Part shown: positions 1 through 9,605 of the stretch, piece after piece
How positions within the stretch are numbered: position 1 is the stretch's first letter
How the letters are laid out: every line of letters starts with the position of its first letter
DNA from: Candidatus Heimdallarchaeota archaeon
GTDB taxonomy: Archaea > Asgardarchaeota > Heimdallarchaeia > Heimdallarchaeales > Kariarchaeaceae
Length of the DNA: 32,000 bases
Direction of reading: 5' to 3'
Assembly: GCA_030149205.1 (NCBI GenBank)
Contig: JASBSB010000001.1
Location: 480,001 to 512,000 of the forward strand
The notes under the pieces: generated by a model
Told to the model about the DNA's origin: nothing
The model's input: the letters and a program-made list of their open reading frames with translations, nothing else
Database searches by the model: none
Position numbers and translations under genes: made by a program

Positions 1-4
1 GATT

Positions 5-1468
5 TTATTGAAATAAGGTTGTAATGATTGTACTCGGTGTGAGTGCAAAAAATATGAGGGGAAAAGCTAAGGTGATCAGAGCTAAAATTGCTAATACAAC
101 CTTTGCAGGGGTAGATGGTAACACCTCAATATCATTGGTTGGATCTCTGGTGATGATCCAAATAAATCGACCATAGTAATAGACAGAGATCGCACTTCCA
201 ATCACTAATGCTACCGCAGTAATTAGCCCAATCGATGTGTTCGTGCTAACCACCGCAGTTACCAAAAAGAATTTTCCAACAAAACCTGCAGTCGGAGGTA
301 TGCCAATTAAGGAGAATAAAAAGATCACGAGTGACCAACCCACAACCTTGTCTTTCTTAATAAGCCCTCTAAAGTTCTCAATATGGTCATTCCCAAAGGA
401 GTTCATAACAATTAACACTCCAATTACGAGTCCACCCTTCATAATCACGTTGGCAATCATGTGAGTCATCGCTGCAAACAATGCAAATCCACGCAATTCA
501 GGGGTTGTGGCCTCTGCATAAGCAACCAAGGCAACCGCGATGTACCCTGCATGCGCGATTGAAGAGTAAGCCATCAACCTCATTATTCTATTTTGAATTG
601 AAGCAATTGCATTCCCAAACAGCATAGAAAGGATAGCAAGGGTGGCGATCATCGGCCCCCAAACCCCTACACTTCCAATCAATGCAAACATGAAAACCTG
701 GAACGCAAATGTAAAGGCCATCTTTTTAGACCCTACTGCTAGATAATTTACAACAGTGACAGGTGCACCGGTATAAATATCACTCACCCACCAGTGAAAG
801 GGAATTAAAGCCAGCTTAAATGCGATTCCTCCTACAAGTATGAGTATACCGAGGTTATAGAAATTTGAACCATTTGTTAAGATTAGAGCATCATAAGATA
901 AAGAACCAGTTGCTCCATAAATTAATGAGATTCCATATATTATCAACCCAGAAGATAGAGCGCCTAGGATCACCAGTTTCATAGCAGCCTCTGTAGCCTC
1001 TCTACTTCTCTTGTAATATGCCACCATAGCATATATTGGAATTGTCATTAATTCAAATCCTACGTATAGGGGGATATAATTGGCAGAACTTGCTATTACC
1101 ACCCCTCCCATATTGGAAAGGAGAAGTAATGAACCAAATATACCAAGGTCTTTTTGTACTCTGAAATCCATAGCTGCAGAGAAAACAACAAGAAGTGAAG
1201 CGGAAAGTCCAATTATGGCAAAGATCTGATAAAAGGGATTAAACTTGAATCCAGGTACTATTGTTATCGATGTCATAGAACCTGGTGATAAAGCAACTGC
1301 CACTATTGTGAGGATGAGAGTTGAAAATACAGTGATTATGAAAAATCTCCTGTTAGTATCTGCTTTCTTAGTCACGATATCACCAAGTAAGGAGACAGTA
1401 ACTCCAATAAGTAATATAATACTTGGAGAGAAAGCTTTGAAGAGTTCGGTTATTGCAATAGCCATCAC
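5..1468 (-). CDS. nuoN: NADH:quinone oxidoreductase-like (complex I/Fpo) subunit N
   Basis: Hydrophobic 487-aa ORF with YVGFELMTIP, AFKLALIPFHWWVSDIYTGAP, RLMAYSSIAHAGY and GIPPTAGFVGKF motifs. SD AAGGAGG precedes GTG 1468/ATG 1465. Stop TAA at 5-7, so the gene is complete. Confidence 0.93.
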   Translation of the reverse strand: MMAIAITELFKAFSPSIILLIGVTVSLLGDIVTKKADTNRRFFIITVFSTLILTIVAVALSPGSMTSITIVPGFKFNPFYQIFAIIGLSASLLVVFSAAMDFRVQKDLGIFGSLLLLSNMGGVVIASSANYIPLYVGFELMTIPIYAMVAYYKRSREATEAAMKLVILGALSSGLIIYGISLIYGATGSLSYDALILTNGSNFYNLGILILVGGIAFKLALIPFHWWVSDIYTGAPVTVVNYLAVGSKKMAFTFAFQVFMFALIGSVGVWGPMIATLAILSMLFGNAIASIQNRIMRLMAYSSIAHAGYIAVALVAYAEATTPELRGFALFAAMTHMIANVIMKGGLVIGVLIVMNSFGNDHIENFRGLIKKDKVVGWSLVIFLFSLIGIPPTAGFVGKFFLVTAVVSTNTSIGLITAVALVIGSAISVYYYGRFIWIITRDPTNDIEVLPSTPAKVVLAILALITLAFPLIFFALTPSTIITTLFQ

Positions 1469-1478
1469 TAAATCCTCC

Positions 1479-3032
1479 TTACGGGAAGAAGTTCAACTTA
1501 ACCCACTGATCGAAGATTTTTTGGATGATTCCAGGGAGTACACCGAAGAGCAGTGCAAGAAGTGCTAAAACAAAAACAGGTCCACTTTCCCACCATTTTG
1601 CATCTTCTGCATTCTCTAACTCTTCTGTAACAGTCCCGAAGGCTACTCTTCTAACTGCCCAGAGATAATAACTTGCAGTGACAATTATTGATAAGAGAGC
1701 GATTATAGGAATCCAAACCCAACTTGGCTGTATGAACAATTGTGAGGTAAACAGGGATGAAAATCCAAGGAATTCTGCAACGAAGCCCGCTAAACCTGGA
1801 AGACCGGCTGAAGCAAAGGTTAAAAAGACATAGAGAGCTGTAAGAAATGGTAACTTGTGACCAAGACCCCCAACAATGTCCATATTTCTTGTGTGGTTTT
1901 TGGTATGGTGTTCCACTATACCTGCAACTAAAAACAGACCTGGAGATATTAATCCATGAGCTATCATCATAAACAAGGCTGCATTCAAACCTAAACTATT
2001 GAAAGCTGCAAGACCAAGTAAGACTATTCCCATGTGAGAGATGGAAGAATATGCAATCATTTTCTTCAAGTCTGTCTGTCTTAAAGCAATAAACGCAGGA
2101 TAAATCATGGAAACTGCACCTATTACCCCCATGATTATTCTGCTTGTATCTCCAATTGATGTTGTAAAGAACCCTGTATCAGCAATTAACCAAAAACCAA
2201 TACGGATCAGTCCATATCCACCCATTTTCAACAATAAACCTGCCAAAATAGATGATCCGGGAGAAGGCGCTTGCACATGTGCATCGGGTAACCAGGTATG
2301 AAATGGTACCTGTGGGAACTTTACTATGAAACCTATAAAGACCAACCAGAAGATCAAACTTAATTCATTGACGGATATTTTTCCTGCATTGAAATTGCTT
2401 AGAAGGTTTGCCTTGAGTGACACCATATCAAAGGTGTTGTTTCCGAAGTGATACATGAGTATTAGACCAATCAACATAACCAGTGAGGCTAAATTAGTGT
2501 AGATGAAAAATTTAAAAGCAGCATATCTTCTGTTCTCCCCACCCCACATTATAATGATAAAGAACATTGGAACAAGAACAATTTCCCAGAAGATGTAAAA
2601 TAAAAACAGATCAAGTGAGATAAATGTACCAATCAATCCTGTGAACAGAAATAGATACAAAGCATAGTATATGTCTTCTTTATCGTGAATATAAAAACTT
2701 GAGAAAACAGTCACTAAAAACACTACTTGCGATAGCATCACCAAAGGCATTGACAAACCATCAACCCCTAGATGATAGTTAATTGTAAGATTTCCTGCGG
2801 TAAACCAATTTACGTTAGTTACATAGAGAAATCCTGAGCCGTCATAACTTGGAAGTCCAAAAGTGAAATCTCTGAACCAAAGTATAAAACTAAGAACAGT
2901 GGTAACACTGATTGTTCCCACAGCAGTCCATTTACTGAAGCTTGTTTTATACCGACCTGCGTAGTATGTTGGAATAGACATTAATGCAGGAAGCCAAAGA
3001 ATAATATTCAATAAAATTTCTTCAGGTGTCAT
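1479..3032 (-). CDS. nuoM: Complex I-like subunit M (antiporter-like)
   Basis: LGVDGLSMPL, FYIFWEIVLVPMF, VKFPQVPFHTWLPDAHVQAP, LLKMGGYG, LKKMIAYSSISHMG and LPGLAGFVAEF motifs. Ends 10 nt before nuoN. Confidence 0.95.
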   Translation of the reverse strand: MTPEEILLNIILWLPALMSIPTYYAGRYKTSFSKWTAVGTISVTTVLSFILWFRDFTFGLPSYDGSGFLYVTNVNWFTAGNLTINYHLGVDGLSMPLVMLSQVVFLVTVFSSFYIHDKEDIYYALYLFLFTGLIGTFISLDLFLFYIFWEIVLVPMFFIIIMWGGENRRYAAFKFFIYTNLASLVMLIGLILMYHFGNNTFDMVSLKANLLSNFNAGKISVNELSLIFWLVFIGFIVKFPQVPFHTWLPDAHVQAPSPGSSILAGLLLKMGGYGLIRIGFWLIADTGFFTTSIGDTSRIIMGVIGAVSMIYPAFIALRQTDLKKMIAYSSISHMGIVLLGLAAFNSLGLNAALFMMIAHGLISPGLFLVAGIVEHHTKNHTRNMDIVGGLGHKLPFLTALYVFLTFASAGLPGLAGFVAEFLGFSSLFTSQLFIQPSWVWIPIIALLSIIVTASYYLWAVRRVAFGTVTEELENAEDAKWWESGPVFVLALLALLFGVLPGIIQKIFDQWVKLNFFP

Positions 3033-3211
3033 ATTGTCAAGTGGTCATTGAACTGATGTATTTTAAGGAATACGACAGGATTCTTATTTTGAACATAACT
3101 TTTTGAAAGAAAAGTTGTCAATAACTTATCGGAGACCAGAGAATATAGTTATTTTCAGTGTCCCCTCAATCTCCAAATAAACATACAACTAACTCTTGAA
3201 ATATATAATGT

Positions 3212-3919
3212 TCACTGATTTTTTCTAACGTCTGGATGCTTCCTTAAGTAATATACTTCATGTGTTATCAATAAAAGGTTAATTGCCAAAAGGACAACCC
3301 ATTGTGGATATGACCCAATTAGAGAAAAGAGAAAACTTCTTTCAATACTTGCTACTTCAATTGGGATATTAGGGAATTGATGATCACGGATTGATAAATA
3401 TGAAAATACTCTTGTGTTGTTTTTTAACAAAAGATAAATCGAAAAGTAAAGTTCTAATTCCGCCAAACTTGGACCCTTAAAGGTTAGATTAAAAATAGTA
3501 TATCGGAATTTCAAACTTGTATTCAGCTGATATGGATCAACTATCGTTCCTATAGTTTTATCCCTATTGTTCCCTATCTCTACCAAATAACCCCTTCCTA
3601 TAGAGGACCTGTTATATTCTTTCCAGAAGATTAAACCAGAGGAAGATATTCCTATTTCTTTGAAATTTAGTGAGGTTTTAGTCAAAGAAATATCAAGTGA
3701 AACGAAATAATTGACATGACTTGAAATATAAATGTGATCAGGGTATATGACCTTAGAAATTATCAGTGTAAAATTTGTGTTATTAACTCTTTTATCAACA
3801 AATTTCTCGTGATATTTCGGTTCGAGATTAAGAGTTGGGACTGAGATAAGAAAAGCTATTAGAACCAAAATTATGATAATTAATGCTAGATAAATAGATA
3901 TTATTTGTCTATTATTCAA
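3212..3919 (-). CDS. Hypothetical membrane-anchored surface protein (N- and C-terminal hydrophobic segments, beta-rich middle)
   Basis: 235-aa ORF with TTG start, GAGGT SD at 3931-3935 and TTTATATA box at 3960-3967. Six N-x-S/T sequons. No recognisable family. Confidence 0.65.
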   Translation of the reverse strand: MNNRQIISIYLALIIIILVLIAFLISVPTLNLEPKYHEKFVDKRVNNTNFTLIISKVIYPDHIYISSHVNYFVSLDISLTKTSLNFKEIGISSSGLIFWKEYNRSSIGRGYLVEIGNNRDKTIGTIVDPYQLNTSLKFRYTIFNLTFKGPSLAELELYFSIYLLLKNNTRVFSYLSIRDHQFPNIPIEVASIERSFLFSLIGSYPQWVVLLAINLLLITHEVYYLRKHPDVRKNQ

Positions 3920-3959
3920 TTTTCTGATTTACCTCAATAAATTTGTAAGATAACTAATG

Positions 3960-3967
3960 TATATAAA
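3960..3967 (-). promoter_or_regulatory. Archaeal TATA-like box for the gene between nuoL and nuoM
   Basis: TTTATATA on the minus strand, about 25 nt upstream of a GAGGT SD and about 40 nt upstream of the TTG start. Confidence 0.45.
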
Positions 3968-4156
3968 TGTGCTCTAAATAAGATTGGGTCAGTGCTAACC
4001 AACCGTCAAACGCTAATTGTGAACATTTAATCATGTGGTTAACATTAAAACTGTATCAAATTCTTTTTGGTTCTATTTGAAGATATCCTTCATCAGGTAA
4101 TTCTGTTAAACATACAAACTTTAAGTTAAATTTTGAGTTATTTATAGAAATGTCAT

Positions 4157-6298
4157 CTAGAACAGTTTTAGTTGGTTTGATACTCCGAAAGCAATCAAAA
4201 ATACTGCCAGGGAAACCATCATTAAGGTTGCGTAATTTCTGACGATACCATCCTGCAATCTTCTTCCATATCTAGCTGTGGACCTTGTGAGAGCGGCGAA
4301 GCCATTAACCACTCCATCTATGATATTTTGGTCAAATCTGTCACTTTCCTCAGCTGTCATTAGAGCACCTTCGAATACTATGTCATTTATAATGAGCTTG
4401 TCAATTACATTATAATCAAAAGTTTTGAGTGCTTCAGCAGTGGGCATAGCTACATAATCAACAAACCCGTAGATTGATTTATCAACGTAAAATCTATTGT
4501 TTATGAAGTCTTCCGCCCAAAGCAATTTTTGCCTGATTGCTTGCAATGTGTCAGGATATTTCCAGTAAAACAGCAATGCAGCTAATGCACCAGAAATCGA
4601 GAATAGACTACCAATTAACCAACCTTCAACTTCACCTGCAGTACTTGGATGAACACCAAACAAGTCACCTAATATCTTCTCGAAATTTAGCGATTCAAGT
4701 CCAGGAATGTATCCAATTGAGAACCAGAGCGATTCAAGGATTACAAGGGATGCTACACCAATCAACGGTATTGCCATCAATTTTGAAGAATCTCTTGGGA
4801 TAACCTTCTCCTTATCAAACCTTTCCTCACCGAGGAAGACGACATAGAACATCCTCATTGAATAGAAAGCTGTGATGAATGCGGTAACAATTTCTAACCA
4901 CTGTAAGAAGACTGCACCTTCGACGTTCGAATTTGCGATTCCTAGAATAATTGAATCTTTTGACCAGAAACCACTGAAGGGTGGAATCCCCGCCAGAGCA
5001 ATAAGTCCTATACCCATAGTTATTCCTGTGATCTTCATGTGTCTAAACAACCCACCCATCTCGCGAATATCTTGAGTGTGGTGTAGGTTATGAATGACTG
5101 CTCCTGCACACAAAAATAGTAGTGATTTGAATGTTGCATGTGAGACAATGTGGTAAAACGCTGGGGAAGTAGCCCCCGCACCAATACCTGAAGCAATGTA
5201 CCCCAGTTGGGAAATTGTTGAGAATGCGAGTATTCTTTTGATATCAGTGGAAGTAAGAGCCATTAAAGCACCAAGCAGTGCAGTAATCGCACCTATCCAT
5301 GTGATGACAGTACCAGTTGGGAGGTAGAATCCGGTAAACCAACTCACAGTTGGTAAGGTAGCATGAAAATTGTTAACGTCATAAAATGTCATAAAGTTAC
5401 GAATTAGTAAGAATAAACCTGCTTTTACCATAGTTGATGAATGTAACAATGCTGATACAGGCGTTGGCCCTTCCATGGCCTCTGGTAACCAACCGAACAA
5501 TGGGAACTGTGAGGATTTACCAACAGCACCTATAAAAATCAATAAACTAGGCAGAAGAAAGTCATTCGCAGAGAGCGCTCCTGTATGAACAAGTTCCATT
5601 ATTTTCACATAAGAGACATCTCCACCTGTTAATCGCATGACAGTAAATATTCCCACCATAAAGCCTACATCACCAACTTTGTTGTAGAGAAATGCTTTCA
5701 TTCCTGCAGCACTTGCTGAGGCTTTATGCCAGTAGTATCCAATCAGAAAGTAGCTAGATACCCCAAGTAATTCCCAGAACACAAAACTGGTGATTAGATT
5801 TCCAGCGTATACAAATCCCCACATTGCAGCAGTAAAGAAGTTCATAAATGCAAAAAACCTTGTGATTTCAGGTTCACCGTGCATCATATAGTCTGATGCA
5901 TAGATGTGAATAAAGAGACCAATAACTGCGAGGACAAGACTCATCAGTATACTTAATGGATCAACCATTAATTCCCAGGTCAGCTTTGTTCCTACAATAA
6001 ATGGAACTGATCCATGAATATAGGTAGGACTACCCGAAACAAAGTTCACAAAATACTGTATTGCTAATATAATTGATAGGCCTGAAGAAATCGCAATAGA
6101 TCCAACACCTATAATACTACTAAATTTTGGATTAACCTCTCTTCCCTTGTAGATCTCTAAATATCTCCAGAATATCAAGAATACAGCAGCCAACATAGGA
6201 ATGAATATTGTCCAAGCTGCGATTACTATCATATTGTCAACAGAGACATTTCCAGTGAATGCCTCAAGAATTTTTAGTGTGGTTGGAGCTTCTGCCAT
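4157..6298 (-). CDS. nuoL: Complex I-like subunit L with extended lateral helix
   Basis: FVFWELLGVSSYFLIGY, GKSSQFPLFGWLPEAMEGPTPVSALLHSSTMVKAG, ILAFSTISQLGY, HATFKSLLFL and GIPPFSGFWSKD motifs, plus C-terminal LQDGIVRNY. GGAGGT SD. Confidence 0.95.
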   Translation of the reverse strand: MAEAPTTLKILEAFTGNVSVDNMIVIAAWTIFIPMLAAVFLIFWRYLEIYKGREVNPKFSSIIGVGSIAISSGLSIILAIQYFVNFVSGSPTYIHGSVPFIVGTKLTWELMVDPLSILMSLVLAVIGLFIHIYASDYMMHGEPEITRFFAFMNFFTAAMWGFVYAGNLITSFVFWELLGVSSYFLIGYYWHKASASAAGMKAFLYNKVGDVGFMVGIFTVMRLTGGDVSYVKIMELVHTGALSANDFLLPSLLIFIGAVGKSSQFPLFGWLPEAMEGPTPVSALLHSSTMVKAGLFLLIRNFMTFYDVNNFHATLPTVSWFTGFYLPTGTVITWIGAITALLGALMALTSTDIKRILAFSTISQLGYIASGIGAGATSPAFYHIVSHATFKSLLFLCAGAVIHNLHHTQDIREMGGLFRHMKITGITMGIGLIALAGIPPFSGFWSKDSIILGIANSNVEGAVFLQWLEIVTAFITAFYSMRMFYVVFLGEERFDKEKVIPRDSSKLMAIPLIGVASLVILESLWFSIGYIPGLESLNFEKILGDLFGVHPSTAGEVEGWLIGSLFSISGALAALLFYWKYPDTLQAIRQKLLWAEDFINNRFYVDKSIYGFVDYVAMPTAEALKTFDYNVIDKLIINDIVFEGALMTAEESDRFDQNIIDGVVNGFAALTRSTARYGRRLQDGIVRNYATLMMVSLAVFLIAFGVSNQLKLF

Positions 6299-6300
6299 AA

Positions 6301-6651
6301 TTAATCAACCTCCGTATTTTCAGCAAGAGAGAAGATATCTAAGACAGATATTTCTCCAAAGTTTCTGTATAATGAAATAAAAATTGCTAATGCAATTGCT
6401 GCTTCTGCAGCGGCAATTGCTACTACAATCATTGCAAACGCCCAGCCAAGATATTGATCACTAACAGCGGCATTAGAAGCTGCTGTAGATCTCAAATAGC
6501 TGTTGAAAGCTACAAAGTTGATGTTTGCTGAATTTAAGATAAGTTCAATTGAGAAAAGCAATCGAACAGCGCTTCTTTGGGTAAGAATACCAAGTATTCC
6601 TACTGAGAATAATACCATGGATAAAGCAACAAAATATTCTAAAGGTATCAT
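6301..6651 (-). CDS. nuoK: Complex I-like subunit K
   Basis: SIELILNSANINFV and AIAAAEAAIALA, with both conserved glutamates. ATGA overlap with nuoJ. Confidence 0.93.
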   Translation of the reverse strand: MIPLEYFVALSMVLFSVGILGILTQRSAVRLLFSIELILNSANINFVAFNSYLRSTAASNAAVSDQYLGWAFAMIVVAIAAAEAAIALAIFISLYRNFGEISVLDIFSLAENTEVD

Positions 6652-7214
6652 GTGGTAGTTTCCTCCGGATATAATTTGGGTTTTTCTTCGTAATCGTCTG
6701 AGTCATCTGACATTGCCAACTTTACCGAACCCAGAAGGGCAGCTAAGAATAGAGCGGATAAGAAGGGAAGAATAAATGCGAGCCCAAAATTTTCCTGCCA
6801 AATGTTGTGGAAGAACTGTTCTAACAGTGTGTTCCCATTGTTTGTTGTAAAGATGTTTCCGGTGCTCGCTGGGATTTGGGCGACTAGAGTCCCCAACAGA
6901 ACCAATAACAGAACTCCAGCAACAATAACTGGCATCACAAGATTGCTGTTAAAAAATTCGAAATTGTCCTCTGTGTAACTGGTTAACCTTCCAGCGAAAA
7001 GTAATAACACAGCTATACCTCCAGAATAAACACTTAGCTGTATAACCCAAAGAAATTCTGAATTTGCAAATAGAAAGACATTAGCCACTCCAATAAGCGT
7101 AAGAATCAGAAAAAGGGCGCTTCGGATAACTGTTCTAGAGTAAAGAACACCTATCCCCATTAACACTGTGTATATTGCATTCAAAACAAATAAAATCAAT
7201 AAGTAATCTACCAT
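6648..7214 (-). CDS. nuoJ: Complex I-like subunit J
   Basis: VIRSALFL, SEFLWVIQLSVYSGGIAVLLLF and C-terminal F..LSALFLAALLGSV helix. Lies between nuoH and nuoK. Confidence 0.9.
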   Translation of the reverse strand: MVDYLLILFVLNAIYTVLMGIGVLYSRTVIRSALFLILTLIGVANVFLFANSEFLWVIQLSVYSGGIAVLLLFAGRLTSYTEDNFEFFNSNLVMPVIVAGVLLLVLLGTLVAQIPASTGNIFTTNNGNTLLEQFFHNIWQENFGLAFILPFLSALFLAALLGSVKLAMSDDSDDYEEKPKLYPEETTT

Positions 7215-7218
7215 ATTT

Positions 7219-8334
7219 TCACCCCAACACTCCTGTTGACCATATCATAATAAACGATCCAAAAATACTCGCTAAGAGTAATTGTTTCCAACCGAAGCTT
7301 AACAACTGATCTATTCTCATTCTTGGAAAAGCGGTTCGAAAAGTTGTAGCTACATAAATAAAGAAATATGCTTTGACAGTGACTGTGATGAATTGGATCC
7401 ATAAGTTGCTTCGAAGCTCATATAACCAGGTTGGCCAAGTAAAAATCACACCACCATTAAAATTGTAAATTGCGTTTCCAAATGGCCAGAAGTCAAATCC
7501 ACCAAAGAACAAGAAGATAAACAAAAGGGAGTTTACTGTAAGATGAACATATTCAGTCATCATAATTAACGCGTATCTCCATCCTGAGAACTCTGTTCTT
7601 GGTCCCATTACTAACTCTGCTTCAGCTTCTGGAATATCAAAGGGAACTCTCTCGGTTTCGGCAAGTCCTGCAATATAAAATACAAAGGCTGCAATTAACC
7701 CACCAATTCCAAATCCACTAAATAGAAACCAGCCAGCATGCATTTGATAAAGAGCTATGTCATTTAATGAGAAGGAATTTACAATTGCGATAACTCCTAA
7801 AACAGAGATGAACATTGGGATCTCATAAGCCAGTAATTGACCTGCTGCTCGAAATCCACCTATGAGTGCATATTTTGAGTTACTTGCCCATCCACCAATA
7901 AACATGGCTGGGGGAACAATAGAAAATATTGCGAAAACATAAAGTACACCTATTGTTAAATCTGCACCCAATACTCCATTTGCAAAGGGTAGAGGTACAA
8001 ATGCCATTATAGAGCTAACTCCTATGAAAAAGATTGCCATAAAGAATCCAAGTGAATCAGCCGTCTTTGGCATAGTATCTTCTTTAAGTACAAGTTTTAG
8101 AAGGTCTGCAGGTATCTGTAATATACCTCGCCATCCAACATAAACTGGACCTCTTCTACCCTGTTGACGGGCCATAACCTTTCTTTCTACATAAGGCATG
8201 ATTAATTGATTAATCATAATATAGTTTGCCAGTAGAAAGGTTCCCAAGGCTATTGCAACAACATCTGGAATTGTGATCTGAATTCCAAGAATATTAAAGG
8301 TTCCTGATAGGAAAGGGTTTACTGGTGATGCCAT
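7219..8334 (-). CDS. nuoH: Complex I-like subunit H
   Basis: ERKVMARQQGRRGP..VGWRGILQIPADLLKLVLKED, SNSKYALIGGFRA, ETERVPFDIPEAEAELV and PRMRIDQL motifs. Confidence 0.95.
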   Translation of the reverse strand: MASPVNPFLSGTFNILGIQITIPDVVAIALGTFLLANYIMINQLIMPYVERKVMARQQGRRGPVYVGWRGILQIPADLLKLVLKEDTMPKTADSLGFFMAIFFIGVSSIMAFVPLPFANGVLGADLTIGVLYVFAIFSIVPPAMFIGGWASNSKYALIGGFRAAGQLLAYEIPMFISVLGVIAIVNSFSLNDIALYQMHAGWFLFSGFGIGGLIAAFVFYIAGLAETERVPFDIPEAEAELVMGPRTEFSGWRYALIMMTEYVHLTVNSLLFIFLFFGGFDFWPFGNAIYNFNGGVIFTWPTWLYELRSNLWIQFITVTVKAYFFIYVATTFRTAFPRMRIDQLLSFGWKQLLLASIFGSFIMIWSTGVLG

Positions 8335-8441
8335 AAATCATATCAAAATTTTTGTACCCTATTAAAATTCTAATCATACTGCAAATACTGATTACCACAA
8401 AAACGGAGTAAATTTAATCGATTTAAATCCAGATTAAAATT

Positions 8442-8714
8442 CTATTTGGTTCGCATTATAATATGATATCCAAATTTGGTCTTTATTGGCTCTGAAATTT
8501 GGTTTACGTCCAATTCAAATGCCGCTTTTTCAAATTCTTTCACCATTTGACCTCTCCCGAACTCACCTAAATCACCACCCCTCTTTTTGCTGGGGCAGGT
8601 GGAATACTGTTTTGCAAGTTCAGCGAAGTTTTTTAGATTTACCTGGTCTTTTATTTTCAGGGCTTGAGATTGTTTTTCAACGAGGATATGAGAGGTTCGA
8701 ATCTTATTTGCCAT
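8442..8714 (-). CDS. ppiC: Single-domain parvulin-type peptidyl-prolyl isomerase
   Basis: [42 protein letters not shown] and KFGYHII motifs. Likely start ATG 8714 (90 aa); the ORF track extends to 8747. Confidence 0.92.
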   Translation of the reverse strand: MANKIRTSHILVEKQSQALKIKDQVNLKNFAELAKQYSTCPSKKRGGDLGEFGRGQMVKEFEKAAFELDVNQISEPIKTKFGYHIIMRTK

Positions 8715-8813
8715 ATAATTAATCTGAATTCTATGATATTTATGCATTACTTCAAGAGACTATTTTAGCCACATCAAACTAATTATAACATATAAATACA
8801 GAAACGATTCAGG

Positions 8814-9536
8814 ATGACAGAGCTTGTTTATTATGAAAACCAGTATCTTAAAAAGCTTAATGCAACCATCACACAGGTCAAAGGGAATGAAATTGTCTTA
8901 GACAAAACTATCTTCTTTGGAAGGTCTTGTGGGGTAAAACCAGATCGAGGAGTTATTATAGCTGGTAACCAAAAATATAACATTGTAGATATAAAAAAGG
9001 AAGGTGACTCCATTTTTCATGTAACTGATAATCCAATTGATATTGGTCTTGTAGGGAAGGAGGCAGAACTTCAGATTGAGTGGCCCAGAAGATACGCCAT
9101 GATGAAGCTACACACCACACTTCATATAGTGTCAGGGCTGATTTGGCAGAAATACCATGTTTTGGTCACTGGTAGTGATATTACTCCTGAAAAAGCCAGT
9201 ATTTACTTTGATTTTGATCGAAATCTATCAAAAGAGGAATTAGAAGAACTAACAACAGAGGTCAACAGAGTTATTATGGAGGATCATAACACCTACTCAG
9301 AGGAAATGGACATAGAGGAGGCAGAAAACACACCAGGGATAATTCGCTCAAAAACCAATATTCTCCCAGACGGACTTAAAGTTGTCAGGATAATGAATAT
9401 TGGAACTGTTGACAGACAAGCTGACGGTGGAATTCACGTCAAATCTACGAAAGAACTTGGGAAATTTAAAATTACAAAGCAGAAAAATAAGGGCAAAGGA
9501 AACAGAAAACTTGAAGTTAGGTTGTTGGATGAATGA
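8814..9536 (+). CDS. alaX: AlaX-M family trans-editing (Ser/Gly-tRNA(Ala) deacylase) protein
   Basis: N-terminal AlaRS editing-like domain, W.RRY.MMKLHTTLH (HxxxH) and QADGGIHV. 240 aa fits AlaX-M size. Confidence 0.88.
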   Translation: MTELVYYENQYLKKLNATITQVKGNEIVLDKTIFFGRSCGVKPDRGVIIAGNQKYNIVDIKKEGDSIFHVTDNPIDIGLVGKEAELQIEWPRRYAMMKLHTTLHIVSGLIWQKYHVLVTGSDITPEKASIYFDFDRNLSKEELEELTTEVNRVIMEDHNTYSEEMDIEEAENTPGIIRSKTNILPDGLKVVRIMNIGTVDRQADGGIHVKSTKELGKFKITKQKNKGKGNRKLEVRLLDE

Positions 9537-9605
9537 ATTGGCGAAATTGGAATAGTTATCGGTTATTTATATACAACCTTAGATGAACTTCTGAAGTGCA
9601 GACAA

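Noticed and set aside
3033-4156. Remnant second nuoM in the L-M gap
   Set aside because: The only sizeable ORF is hydrophilic in the middle and shows no NuoM motifs (WE..LVP, PFHTWLP). Short decayed fragments cannot be excluded without a translated search.
8690-8710. GAGGTTCGAATCTT resembles a tRNA T-loop
   Set aside because: It lies inside the parvulin coding sequence on the opposite strand, with no cloverleaf stems around it.
8814-9536. AlaX has QADGGIH instead of CGGxH
   Set aside because: Asp at this Zn-ligand position is a common variant in AlaX-M proteins as far as I recall, so it is not evidence of inactivation.
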